Origin: Bacillota bacterium
GTDB taxonomy: Bacteria; Bacillota; DTU025
DNA length: 64,000 nt
NCBI GenBank assembly: GCA_050951805.1
Contig: JBMNJT010000003.1
Coordinates: 1 to 64,000 of the forward strand
Direction of reading: 5' to 3'
In this document: piece by piece, positions 1 to 10,509 of the stretch
How the letters are laid out: the number at the start of each line of letters is the position of its first letter
How positions within the stretch are numbered: the stretch's first letter is position 1
Translations under genes and position numbers: made by a program
Notes under the pieces: model-generated
What the model was told of the DNA's origin: nothing
Databases searched by the model: none
The model's input: the letters and a program-made list of their open reading frames with translations, nothing else

Positions 1-381
1 TCTGGGCCTTTCGTCTGATCAAGCATGAGACCGCCCATGATCACAGCCGGGCTTCGGGGCAGATAAGGCGGAGTCTGTACAAGCTGAAGGGCGCGCCCGA
101 GGCCGGCCTGTTCCACGCCAGAAGAGCGGCCCTGCTTGCGCCTGACGAATCGGAGTACAAGGAGCGAGTCCTCGAATACTACCGGCCAGGTTTCCGAACG
201 GGTGTTCTCGCGTCAGGAAGCTATCCGGCTGGGTCGGGAAGTGTTGGCGTCCAACCCCGGCAACCGAGAGGTGCAGGCCCTAGTGGAGCGCTTGGAGCAC
301 GGCGAATCCTCACACGAGTCCCGAACAGGGTTGACCCCAACCGCGACCGGGCAAAGGCAGAGGCAGTCGGCCCGCCGATAG
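1..381 (+). pseudogene. 3' part of a helical (TPR-like) immunity-candidate gene, second copy of 8649-9908, with 1-nt insertions
   Basis: 1-335 is near-identical to 9577-9910; extra bases in gaatactaccggcc and gagtcccgaac shift the frame; begins before the window. Confidence 0.75.
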
Positions 382-476
382 TGAACTGCGAGTGTGACGC
401 GAATGGCTGCCAAGTTAGGGTCTGCTAGTGCAGTGCAACCACCGCCATACTGTAATCGGACCGAGAGCAACCGGGA
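1..476 (+). repeat. Direct repeat of 9577-10050 (gene end plus about 140 bp of non-coding tail)
   Basis: Both begin tctgggcctttcgtctgatcaagcatgagaccgcc and stay alignable to ggaccgagag(c/t)aac(c/t)ggga. Confidence 0.9.
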
Positions 477-1102
477 AGCCTTTTGATGAAGGCACTGGGC
501 TTTACTACTTCGGGGCGAGGGTACTATGACCCCGAGGTGGGGAGGTTTACGAGTAGTGACCCAGCGAAAGACGGGCTGAATTGGTATGGGTATGCAGACG
601 GCAATCCGCTTGTCTTCGTTGATCCCGATGGGAGAGCTTCCACAACAGCGGAACCGATCGGAAGGTACCCTTCAGACGTGTTCACTATTATCATAACGGC
701 CACTGCTTGCTGAACCTATGCTACGAGACAGCCATCACAGTGAAGGATTTACTCTGGTCTAAGAGGACGATACACGTTGACACAATGACTATGACAGAGT
801 AGCCGGACAAGAAGTACATCATGCTTGTCCATTTCACTGATGAAGCGTCTGTTCCCACGATAAAAACAGCCAGGGCATTGAGACCGGGCAAAACGGGGTT
901 CGTATTCCTCACTATGCCTGACATGATTGGCAAGCCGGTTGCGCAGGTTGAGCACGAACTTGGCCTAGCTCCAGGCAGGGGGTCATGGGTGTTTCTGGTC
1001 AGGATAGAACCGGAGAAGGTAGTGTACCGGGGATTTGCTGTCCCATTTGCTTCAGGGCGGGTACACAACCCTGGAGGGGCACCGGAGTTCATAACGTGGT
1101 AA
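470..1102 (+). pseudogene. Orphan Rhs core end plus toxin tip, probable HYD1-type ADP-ribosyltransferase, frameshifted
   Basis: Core motif GKPFDEGTGLYYFGAR/YYDPEVGRFTSSDPAKDGLNWYGY..NPL.FVDPDG with +1 shift near 520; tip 821-1102 has VHFTD...IKTARALRPG..GFVFLT, similar to the HYT..I....L.P...Y.T pattern. Confidence 0.65.
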
Positions 1103-1207
1103 CCCGATTCCGGAAGACGATTGGCTTTTCAATGGCTCAACTGAATCGTTATTGGCCAAGTAGTATTGGCCACAGAATCCCTGTATGCTTTGAAAGGATG
1201 CGTCACA

Positions 1208-2040
1208 ATGGAATTTTACTGAGAAGATACTTCAGACTGCAAAGCAAATGTGCGCCATTGGTCAGAGGACCCAGATGGGAGATATTGCATTGGCCCTCAG
1301 AGACTTGTACGACCCTCTCGGTCCTGAGGAAAAAGCCCAGTTTGAAGCAGCAGTGATATTCCTGCTGGAGCAGCGAGATATGCGGGTTTTGACGAGCTGT
1401 GCTGGCTATGCGGCATGCTCGAAATCGAAGAAGCGACCCCAGTGCTGATGGAGCCTGCTTCGCGACAGAGAATTTGCGTCCCAACATGGAACCGACATTG
1501 CAATCGCGCTTTCACGCCAGGGTGCCGGGAAGGCCGCAGCATTGCTGATGAGCATTGTTCATGACGGGGCTAACTTCTCCCTTGCTGATTAAGCGTCGGA
1601 GTCCGATAACCCATTCATGTCTCATCGCTTTAGCAGGAGGCAATTCCATTGCCGCGGCACCGTATCTGAGGATGCTATTTGATGATGAGATGGAGGAACG
1701 GTTTTAAGTCTTGGCGCGCTGGCCCGGAGTAACTACTGGGTAGGCGGAGCACTGCCGATGCTCATGGTGGAGATCGTGTCCGAGTTCGGCGTTGACGGGG
1801 TGGACTTGATCAAGGAGATGTTCCAAGACACGCCTGCAGAGTGGGAGGCTTATCTGAAGATCGCGCTTTCCGAGACCATCCGAGGATTAGTCGAACCGGG
1901 GCCCGGCGGCATCAGTCCACCCGCTGGTATCTAGGGAGGCCGTTGAGCGTCTTCGGGAGTATATGGCATCGCTCAGCGCTACCACGGACTACATAACGCC
2001 TGCGCTTCCGCCTATGGACTATTTTGGCTGTGGAGAATGA
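1208..2040 (+). pseudogene. Immunity-candidate pseudogene (helical repeat), paralog of 2477-3297
   Basis: Alignable to 2477-3297 along its length (GDIALALRDLYD vs GEIALALGELYD; MVEIVSEFGVDGVDLIKEMF); several stops and indels. Confidence 0.7.
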
Positions 2041-2133
2041 CGAGGGGGCTGTGGCGCGTCGGCATTACGCAAGTCCCTTGGAGCACTCTATCTCGTGACA
2101 CCGTAAGCCATTCTGCGTCTACGACGACGGGCC

Positions 2134-2463
2134 TTGGGTGAGCTTGATCTCTCCAAGGCGGTCGTTAGGAGAGCTTCCACTGATAGAGACAGCCAGAATA
2201 CGACACTTGAGCGAGAAGGGTTCACATTCGTCGCCATATCAGACGCGATCGGCAAGTGTGTTGCGCACGTGGAGCATGAACGTGGCCTAGCTCAAGGAAG
2301 CGGAGAATGGGCATTCTTCGTCAGGATAGAGCTGAGCAAGGCAGTGTACCGGAGACTTGGTGTTCCGTTTGCTTCGGGTGGTACAGCTCATGTGATTCCT
2401 GGAAGGAGTGTCCGTTCAACCGAGCAACTCCATCGTTCTGTTGGTGAATGGCATTCGCTCTGA
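2134..2463 (+). pseudogene. Second, degenerate copy of the ART-like toxin tip
   Basis: GFTFVAISDAIGKCVAHVEHERGLAQGSGEWAFFVRIE aligns with GFVFLTMPDMIGKPVAQVEHELGLAPGRGSWVFLVRIE of 821-1102; the HFT segment is missing. Confidence 0.7.
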
Positions 2464-2476
2464 AAGGGGGATCATA

Positions 2477-3297
2477 GTGGATTTGGCGCAAAGAATACTT
2501 CAAATTGCAGAGGAGAAGCGCTACACCGAGCAAAACACCCAGCCGGGAGAGATTGCATTGGCCCTTGGGGAATTGTATGACTCTCTTGGCACCGAGGAAC
2601 AGACTCAGTTTACAGAAGCTGTGGTGAACCTCTTGGAACTCCGAGATCTGCGGGTTTTGAGGAGCTATGCCGGCTGTGCGGTGTGCTGCAGATCGAGGAC
2701 GCGACTTCGGTATTGATAGAGCTGCTCCGAGGCAACGAGCTTGCGCCCGTGCATAGAACCCAAGCTGCAGCGGCGCTCTCGCGCCAGGGTGCAGCGGAGG
2801 CTTCAGCGTTGCTGATGAGAATTGTCCATGAGCGGCTAACTTCTCCATCGCCGCGGAAGCGTCGGAGCCCGATGACTGAAGCGTATCTCATCGTTTTGGC
2901 GGGAGGCAATCCTGTCGCTGTAGCGCCATATATGAGGGTGTTATTTGAGCAAGAGATGAGGAATGGTTTCAAGCCCTGGCCTGCGGGTCCTGAGTACTAC
3001 TCGGCAGATGCAACGCTTCCGGTATTGATGATGGAGATCGTATCGGAGTTCGATGCTGACGGGGTGGACTTGATCAAGGAAATGTTCCGCGACACGCCCG
3101 CCCAATGGGAGGCCTTCCTTAGGGTCGCGCTTTCCGAGACAGTTCGAAGATTGCTCGAGCCGGAACCGGGTGGAAACAGTCTTCCTGCGGTATCCGAGGA
3201 GGCTGTTCAGAGTCTGCGGGAATACATAGAATCGCTCAGCCTTAACACGAACTACTTTGCGCCCGCGCTTCCGCCCATAGACTACTACAGTGAGTAA
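2477..3297 (+). CDS. Immunity candidate, helical/HEAT-like, split by one frameshift near 2650 (ORFs 2477-2716 and 2683-3297)
   Basis: aaggggg RBS then GTG at 2477; follows the toxin tip directly; two overlapping ORFs. Confidence 0.55.
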
Positions 3298-3382
3298 CAG
3301 AGCTGTGGCCTATTACCGATGCGCAGCTTCCCGGGAGCGCTCCGTTCCTAGCGATATCTGATCTCCGGCACCCGTAGAATAG

Positions 3383-3634
3383 TTGATGAGTGAATTATCT
3401 GGATCCTCTTTAAACGCGTCCTCCCATTTGTTGACTTGTACATGCGCCGTGATCGGTGTATTTGGCAAGGCGCTCCAAGGTGTGAGAGGTGTGAAGGTCA
3501 AGACGGTGTCAATTGTCAGCACATTGGCCACATGGATTGGCAGCAGACTCGTGTGCCCACTGGTCATAATATTGCTCCCTGAATACAAGTATTGGCTGAG
3601 GCCGCCCAATGAGACTTTCACCGTCTCTATCTAG
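3383..3634 (+). CDS. Small hydrophobic hypothetical protein or remnant
   Basis: 83-aa ORF with hydrophobic segments, co-oriented with the cassette array. Confidence 0.25.
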   Translation: MMSELSGSSLNASSHLLTCTCAVIGVFGKALQGVRGVKVKTVSIVSTLATWIGSRLVCPLVIILLPEYKYWLRPPNETFTVSI

Positions 3635-3829
3635 AAGCCAGGATAACCTGGCGCGAAGGCAGGTGGGAACATGTTCAGAAACCGACGCCAAGCGGCAAAC
3701 AAGAAATACTGGGACGTTATGGTGGTAGGGACCAAAACCCGTGGCAAGTTTCTATCTCTATATCGCAGCGGTCACCTGAAGGGCGATATGTTTTGACTCG
3801 CCAAATCATATACAGATCATGCCATCGAC

Positions 3830-4465
3830 TTGGCGGTGCTTGATCACGATGAGGAGGCTATCGACTGGTTCTGTGCAGCGCTTGAGACCTTCGACATTGC
3901 GATTGCCGCTGAAGGAGGCAGCATCAAGCCGCAAGAGATGTCTGAAGTGGAGGAGTATACTCTATGGCGCGCTTTGTACTCCAAACACATAGCCACATGG
4001 GCTGTACATGGCACTAAGGATATCGAGCTTCTTCGTCGAGCCATTGGGTGCCGAACCCGAGACCGCTCTTTTGAAAACTCGGACACGGATACTTACCACG
4101 AGCTCAAGGAAGTGTTCATTTCAGAGCTTGTGGAGGCTGAGGAATGGCAACAGGCGTTCGAGTTCTGCTCCCAACTGTATGGAAAACCTCCGCCGCCTTA
4201 CTGCCGGGAAATGCTTGACACTTTTGGAGGTCTAGTGTGCTCGCTCAAGTTGCTCGACGATGATAAGACGGACGATGCGCTTTGCGACACCATCAAGTCC
4301 GCCTATTTGAAGTTCCTAGACCGCAGCATCAAGTATGACAAGAACGGCCCATCCTGGCCATTTAACACATTTGACCTTGTACGATTTCAACACCTGAGGC
4401 ATCGGTACATTGAGCGGGACAATCCTCTGGCCTTGCAGGTGTTCAAGGAAATTCGCGGGTACTGA
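3830..4465 (+). CDS. Hypothetical acidic helical protein, orphan immunity candidate
   Basis: 211-aa ORF with protein-like composition inside the toxin/immunity array; true start uncertain. Confidence 0.6.
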   Translation: MAVLDHDEEAIDWFCAALETFDIAIAAEGGSIKPQEMSEVEEYTLWRALYSKHIATWAVHGTKDIELLRRAIGCRTRDRSFENSDTDTYHELKEVFISELVEAEEWQQAFEFCSQLYGKPPPPYCREMLDTFGGLVCSLKLLDDDKTDDALCDTIKSAYLKFLDRSIKYDKNGPSWPFNTFDLVRFQHLRHRYIERDNPLALQVFKEIRGY

Positions 4466-4560
4466 CGATGCAACGGTGAATGCTATCGAGTAAAGTGGCC
4501 CTAGGTAGGTAGCCTGGCGTCATCCCTTGCTCTTCGGGACCAGACTAGTCTATATCGCCC

Positions 4561-5211
4561 GACCAGTCGAAGCAGGGGCTAAACTGGTACATCTATTGCG
4601 CGAATAACCCGCTCATATGTGTTGATCCAGATGGAAACACGTACGTAATTCTTTGGTCATATAGCGGCTCGGAGCTTCAAGATTATAAAAGGCCTGACGG
4701 GACAGTGGATTGGGCAAGATTCGAAAGAGAAAGTCCGTTTGCCAGGGCTGCTCAGACGAGAAGGAACGAGTTGCTGGCGGCAGGCGAGGACCAGAGTAAC
4801 ATAGTGGTACAGAGGATAGACAATGCCCGGGCACTGGAGTCGACATGGATGAAGCTAGCCAAACTAGAGAAAGTAGATGGACTGAACATGTACTCTCATG
4901 GCTATTCTAGGGGTCCCGAGGTTGCAGGAGGGAGCAAGGATGTATGGGAGAGGATCATCACTGTGAGTCTCAATTGGAGCGATGAAGCGATTGCAGTTTT
5001 CCACGGATGCAACACGGCTGATTTTGCTGCCAGATTTGCAGAGACTCAGCACGTTACTACATATGGGCAACAGGGATACTCGTCGTTTTCTTCGAACCCA
5101 GTATTGCACGTTCGGATTTTCTCCTGGTCACCACGTATGTACCTGTACCATTTCGAATTTCTCAATTTGTTGAATACTAACTGGTGGGGGGTGGCGTACA
5201 CTGTTGACTAA
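4561..5211 (+). pseudogene. Orphan Rhs tip with His-Gly...Gly-Cys-Asn motif (putative cysteine protease-like toxin)
   Basis: In frame from 4561: DQSKQGLNWYIYCANNPLICVDPDG then tip containing MYSHG and VFHGCNTA; no start codon for the core fragment. Confidence 0.75.
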
Positions 5212-5692
5212 TCACACGGCGTTTCGAAATTGGGTCTCTAGCAACCGGGCCATAATACTAGTAATCGCCGTAGTCAGCGTCTGCGTGGGACATGCAATCC
5301 TCGAGAGACAAGCTATGAAAAGGGTGATTGTGCTTATGGCCCGTTCCTTTCAGAGAGGTGCAGCGCCCGATATGGCTTTGTTCACCAGTGATGCTGTATT
5401 CAAACACGAGAACCTTCAGTCGCCATGTGATATGGCACTAGAGATGTTTGCGCAGAGAGCAGCCCAGTATCATGCATTTGGCGATATCTACGTGCAGAAG
5501 ATTGAGGCCGTATCTTGCAGTATGGCCTCAATCAAGACGACATCTTGGTTTTCGATCAATGGGTCGTCTTATGAAGCTTCGGGCATCGTAGTTCTTAAGA
5601 AACTTGGGCTTTTCAGATGGAGAATTGCCAGCGTATCATCGGACTATCCGGCTTTCCGAGAGTTGTTCTTTGACGCAGCATCAAATGCATGA
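5204..5692 (+). CDS. Membrane-anchored immunity candidate, possibly NTF2-like fold
   Basis: Overlaps the toxin stop; N-terminal TM (AIILVIAVVSVCVG); C-terminal strands ending RWRIASVS. Confidence 0.65.
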   Translation: MTNHTAFRNWVSSNRAIILVIAVVSVCVGHAILERQAMKRVIVLMARSFQRGAAPDMALFTSDAVFKHENLQSPCDMALEMFAQRAAQYHAFGDIYVQKIEAVSCSMASIKTTSWFSINGSSYEASGIVVLKKLGLFRWRIASVSSDYPAFRELFFDAASNA

Positions 5693-5844
5693 CCGGCAGC
5701 AGCTGTGGGTGGTTAGGAAGAACGTTGCGTTATGCTTTGGGAATCGATCGGACTCGGCTTTGTGTCGCTAGATGTGAGCATAGCGAAAGCCACCTGGGAG
5801 CGAGAGGCCCCTCCCTATCCCTTAGCGTTACACTCCAACTTACC

Positions 5845-5892
5845 CCCCCAGTTTCCAGCTATATATTATGACGTGTAACTGGAAACTGGGGG
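5845..5892. repeat. 14-bp perfect inverted repeat (hairpin)
   Basis: cccccagtttccag (5845-5858) and ctggaaactggggg (5879-5892). Confidence 0.85.
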
Positions 5893-5999
5893 CATATGAG
5901 ACCGAAAAGACGGTGCAGTACTCGAACAGGCTAGAGCCGACTGAGTAGTAACCGATCTTCGGCACTCCGAGGCATTAGGATTTGGAATTCTACGGATCG

Positions 6000-8126
6000 C
6001 TGAGTATCCCGATGGGTCTCAGGTCAAGCATGAGTACACGGCAGTGAATGGTTCCTTACCGATCGAGCTTGCGGCAGTGCTCGTTTGTCCATTCGCCCCT
6101 AATCCAGATGAACAATGGATGAGCTGGAGCAGGGAAGAGACAGGGGACTCATCTAACTGGCAGGACCCTGTTTATCGTGGATACGATGTGTTGGGACGCA
6201 CTGCAATACGGTTTCGCGTTCCTACAATCTGAGAGGTTGGCTCGAAAGCGAAACCTGGCGGATTGAAGGAGAATCCCATGCCATCCGGTATCAGTATGAT
6301 CACCTGGGAACAGGATCCGCATGACTTACCCGAATGGCCATGCCGTAGGTTTTCAATATGACAGGGCCAACCGTCTCATAGGCATCCCGGGATACTGTGA
6401 CAGCCTGGCATACAATGATAGCAACTTCCTGACGTCAATACAGTTTGCCAATGGAGTGTCCACTTCGTATACACCCGATTCGCGAAGCAGGATAGCTCGA
6501 ATCTTAACTGCTTTCCAGGGTCAGACCTGCCTCGACCTCGCGTATGAGTACACGATGGCCGGGAACATCGGAAGGATCGTGGATGCGAGCGATGGAACCG
6601 CGACTGCTTTGCAGTTTGAGTACAGTCCTGCCAATCAGCTGACACGCGCAGAAGTCCGCACTTCGACAGGAGTCGAAAATGTGGAATACGCCTATGATGG
6701 CGCAGGCAATAGAATCATAGAGAATTGGTCAGATAGCCGCGGGACGATCAGCTATCAGTATGGCATCGGCAACATGCTGCACAGCAGGACCTCTTCGGAG
6801 GGAACGACCGAATACGCGTGGGGGACGTATGGGCAGCTTCTGTCGAAGACAAAGGACGGCGCAAGAACCGAGTATCGCTACGATGCCAGTCGCACAATGA
6901 AGAATGTGAGCGTTCGAGATCGGACGACGGCAAGCTTCTTCTATGATGCCTTTGGGCGGCGCATTATGACCATGGAAGGCATGGATATCAAAATATCCTT
7001 GCACTCAGGCAACGACATAGTTTTCGAGTGCCCTGTTGCCGAGGTTACTCCTCCCCCAGAGGTTATTCTTCCCCCAGACGAGCCGATAGAGATACTGGAA
7101 TCGAATGCAGCTCCTGACCTGTCGCCCCCGCCCAATTTCGGCGCGAGAGGAACGCGGACATGCTACATAGCCGCCAACGGCAAGTAATTGGCCAAAACAG
7201 TGCAGGAAGGCGAGAACCCCGCCCAAACCTACTTCCTGCACACGGACATGTTGGGCTCCATCAGGGCGATCACCGACTCCGCAGGCCAGGTAGCGGCGAG
7301 GTTCGAGTATGAGCCGTTTGGACTTGTCACCGAAAGATCAGGTTCTGCAGCCTCCGGAGCGGAAAGATACACCGGGAAGCCTTTTGATGAAGGCACTGGG
7401 CTTTACTACTTCGGGGCGAGGTACTATGACCCCGAGGCGGGGAGGTTTACGAGCAGGGACCCAGCGAAAGACGGGCTGAATTGGTATGCATATTGCCGTC
7501 AGAATCCGCTCATATACGTGGATCCCGACGGCGAATGCCCTCTCCCCATCATAACCGGGGCGATAGGAGCTGCGGCAGGCGCGGGATACGAGGCGGTACT
7601 CTCGTACAGACAAGAGGGAAAGATAAACTGGGCTAGAGTGACACAAGGGGCCATTGTTGGAGGTGCTGTAGGGCTTGGAGGAGGCGCAGCGACCTCGCTG
7701 GTAACTAGTGCGGGCCTTGGCGGGGCATGTGCAACGCTCACAGCAGGCGAGACTATGGCAGGTTTCACAGCCTTGGTTCAGGGCGGATGGGCGGCTACCG
7801 CATGGGGAGTGTCCAAGGGCGGAGTAAACCAGGGCATAAAGCACTTCTTCCATTACTGGCGTGATGAACCCAAGAGGCTCATCGGTATTGCGGAGAGACT
7901 GGGAGTGGATGTCTGCGCAATCGGCCCCACGAAGGCAGGGTTTTCGAAGTTCACTGAACTTGCTCTAGACATTGTGGACAACTGGGAAAGGCTTGGTGGA
8001 TTGATGCGGACCTGGCAGAATGGCAAGGCGGCATACTGGTTCGATGACGTGATTGTGATTATCTTCGACGGCAAGCTACAGAGCATGATGCTGGGATCGC
8101 TGGGGTATTTTCGGGGGATGAAATGA
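6000..8126 (+). pseudogene. 5'-truncated Rhs gene with core and toxin tip, interrupted by in-frame TAA at 7185-7187
   Basis: YD repeats (YDRANRL, YAYDGAGNR, YDAFGRRI); NGK*LAK corresponds to NGKHLAK in other copies; core ends RQNPLIYVDPDG; Gly/Ala-rich segment then tip. Confidence 0.9.
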
Positions 8127-8142
8127 CTGGGGGGGTGTAGCT

Positions 8143-8568
8143 GTGAAATACGAAGCAGCAATCTGCAGGCTTGATGAGGCAGACTACTACGACGGCTATG
8201 TTACTGTTTCGATTTTGGGGCGGAGCCTTCGCGTATACTACCAGGCACCGGTGGAGTTTGCTCTGGAGAAGTTGGTGCCTGACACCGTCATTCTGGTTGA
8301 TCTGTGGCATGTATACGGAAACGCCGTCAAGAACGATGTTGTTCAGAAGGCGTTTATTACATCACCGAGTACTAGCACAGCCACTGTCCGGGGGCAGGTC
8401 GTTGAGATCGCGTCTCCTGTAGAGTTCAGAGTAGACTGCGGGATATTGATAGACATAGATAACCGTGATGGGTCGGAGAGAATTGCGATGGGAGATAGCA
8501 TTGAGACGTGTGGCTGCTGCAAAATCTACTTTCCGAAAACGGAGTGGAACAGAGAGGCCGTCCTCTGA
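8143..8568 (+). CDS. Cytoplasmic immunity candidate for the 7188-8126 tip
   Basis: 141-aa beta-rich acidic ORF 16 bp after the toxin stop, G-rich RBS. Confidence 0.7.
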   Translation: MKYEAAICRLDEADYYDGYVTVSILGRSLRVYYQAPVEFALEKLVPDTVILVDLWHVYGNAVKNDVVQKAFITSPSTSTATVRGQVVEIASPVEFRVDCGILIDIDNRDGSERIAMGDSIETCGCCKIYFPKTEWNREAVL

Positions 8569-8648
8569 CCGGGTAGCATGAACAATATGAGATCTGTGGA
8601 ATTGCGACAGCCGTTATTGCGAAGGCGGGCTATGACTCCTTCGGAGGC

Positions 8649-9908
8649 GTGGCATACGAGGAGGACAGCGCGATGAGAGAGTCAGACATAACGTTATCCG
8701 AATTGGTGCTATCCAGATGCCTTCGGGATGCGGATTTAGAGAAAGATGCAGCTCAACGCGAATCCTTCTTGGAGAGATCGTTTGAGTACGTGAAGTCATT
8801 GCCAAAGTGGCGGAAACGGTTTCTCCACGAACTAACTTGCGGGAGGTTCGAAGAGGCCGGCAAGTTAGCGGATGCCGAAGCCCCTGGCGCGATGATGTCG
8901 ATTATGTTCGAGCTGAGCTATACAGAGCCGGACCTTCGTGAGTACGCATACTGGATCGCCAGGCTCATAAACAAGGAAACTGCGGACGATCACGCCTCTG
9001 CCGCTGCATCGCTGGCCGCTGACATGGCGTCAGTCGATGGTTGCTGCAGTACCGCTGTGGCTCATCGGCGTCGCGCCATCGTCATAGACCCGCACGACGT
9101 GTGGATGAGGCTGAGTCTGTGCTATGACAAAGGCAGCGTCCGCGGGGACCTCCTGTCGTGGTACGATATCGCCGAACTGAGAGAGCAACTGAGGCAAGTG
9201 GTTACGCAGGATTACGGCATTGCCCTGGAGGACCTTAAAGAGATGGATTTCGATCCGCACGATCCTCTCTACGGCGTACAGTCAGTCCTGAGGGAAGCCG
9301 AGGAGTTCGGCGAATCTCCTGAGCTCCTTGCCAGACTGCACGCTGACTCGCTCACGGCGGACTGGCCGATTGAGGAATTCGTCGACGGGATTCTGCGTGC
9401 AGCTGGCTGGGCAGATCATGCGAGCGCGCCGGATGACGTAAGGGAGTTCGTGAAACTGGTTTTTCTAGTAAAATACGATGAGGCGGATAAGCTGGCCCGG
9501 GAGCTGGGAGAATCGACGGTTCAGCCTCTGCTGGACGCACTCAGCTCCGAAACGCCGGATATCTGCTCGTACGCGTTCTGGGCCTTTCGTCTGATCAAGC
9601 ATGAGACCGCCTATAATCACAGCCGGGCTTCGGGGCAGATAAGGCGGAGTCTGTACAAGCTGAAGGGCGCGCCTGAGGCCGGCCTGTTTCACGCCAGAAG
9701 AGCGGCCCTGCTTGCGCCTGACGAATCGGAGTACAAGGAGCGAGTCCTCGAATACCACGGCCAGGTTTCCGAGCGGGTGTTCTCGCGTCAGGAAGCTATC
9801 CGGCTGGGTCGGAAAGTGTTGGCGTCCAACCCCGGCAACCGAGAGGTGCAGGCCCTAGTGGAGCGCTTGGATCAGGGCGAATCCTCACACGAGTCCGAAC
9901 AGGGTTGA
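8649..9908 (+). CDS. Helical TPR-like immunity candidate with two homologous halves
   Basis: 419 aa; GRFEEAGKLA..PDLREYAYWIARLINKETADDH repeats as VKYDEADKLA..PDICSYAFWAFRLIKHETAYNH. Confidence 0.75.
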   Translation: MAYEEDSAMRESDITLSELVLSRCLRDADLEKDAAQRESFLERSFEYVKSLPKWRKRFLHELTCGRFEEAGKLADAEAPGAMMSIMFELSYTEPDLREYAYWIARLINKETADDHASAAASLAADMASVDGCCSTAVAHRRRAIVIDPHDVWMRLSLCYDKGSVRGDLLSWYDIAELREQLRQVVTQDYGIALEDLKEMDFDPHDPLYGVQSVLREAEEFGESPELLARLHADSLTADWPIEEFVDGILRAAGWADHASAPDDVREFVKLVFLVKYDEADKLARELGESTVQPLLDALSSETPDICSYAFWAFRLIKHETAYNHSRASGQIRRSLYKLKGAPEAGLFHARRAALLAPDESEYKERVLEYHGQVSERVFSRQEAIRLGRKVLASNPGNREVQALVERLDQGESSHESEQG

Positions 9909-10509
9909 CTCCAACCGCGACCGGGCAAAGGCAGAGGCAGTCGGCGCGCCGGTAGTGAACTGCGAGTGTGACGCGCCTGGCTGCCAAGTTAGAGTCTGCT
10001 AGTGCAGTGCAACCACCGCAATACTGTACTCGGACCGAGAGTAACTGGGATTACTGCTGGATGTTATGGATCTGGCCCTGGACGCTGTTGCCGGTGATGC
10101 CTCGGGCTTGGCGAAAACGGCTCTAGGAATGGCGAGCGAGGAAATCACAAGCTTTCTAGTTGTTCCCGAAATCATCTCTGCCGTCTGCGATCAAAAGCTG
10201 AGACATGAGTTCGAACCCTTGTACGGGTCGGGCAGCGCAGACAAACGCTGTGGCGCTGCCCAGCTTGCAGAAATGCTGTCCGTGTTGGAGCCGCGCTACG
10301 AAGGAGTGCATGATTCCTCGACAATGATGAGGAATGGCTATTCAACTACATATATAGGTGGCCCGCATACGATGATTATCGCGAGTGCTGGTATGAGTAT
10401 GACGTATATACATGGGACTAGGATACCTGGAAATGGAGATGGGCATGTGTCCTTTCCTATTGGGCCTCCGTGGAAACCTAGTGCCCACGAATGTGCTAGG
10501 AGGGCTATT

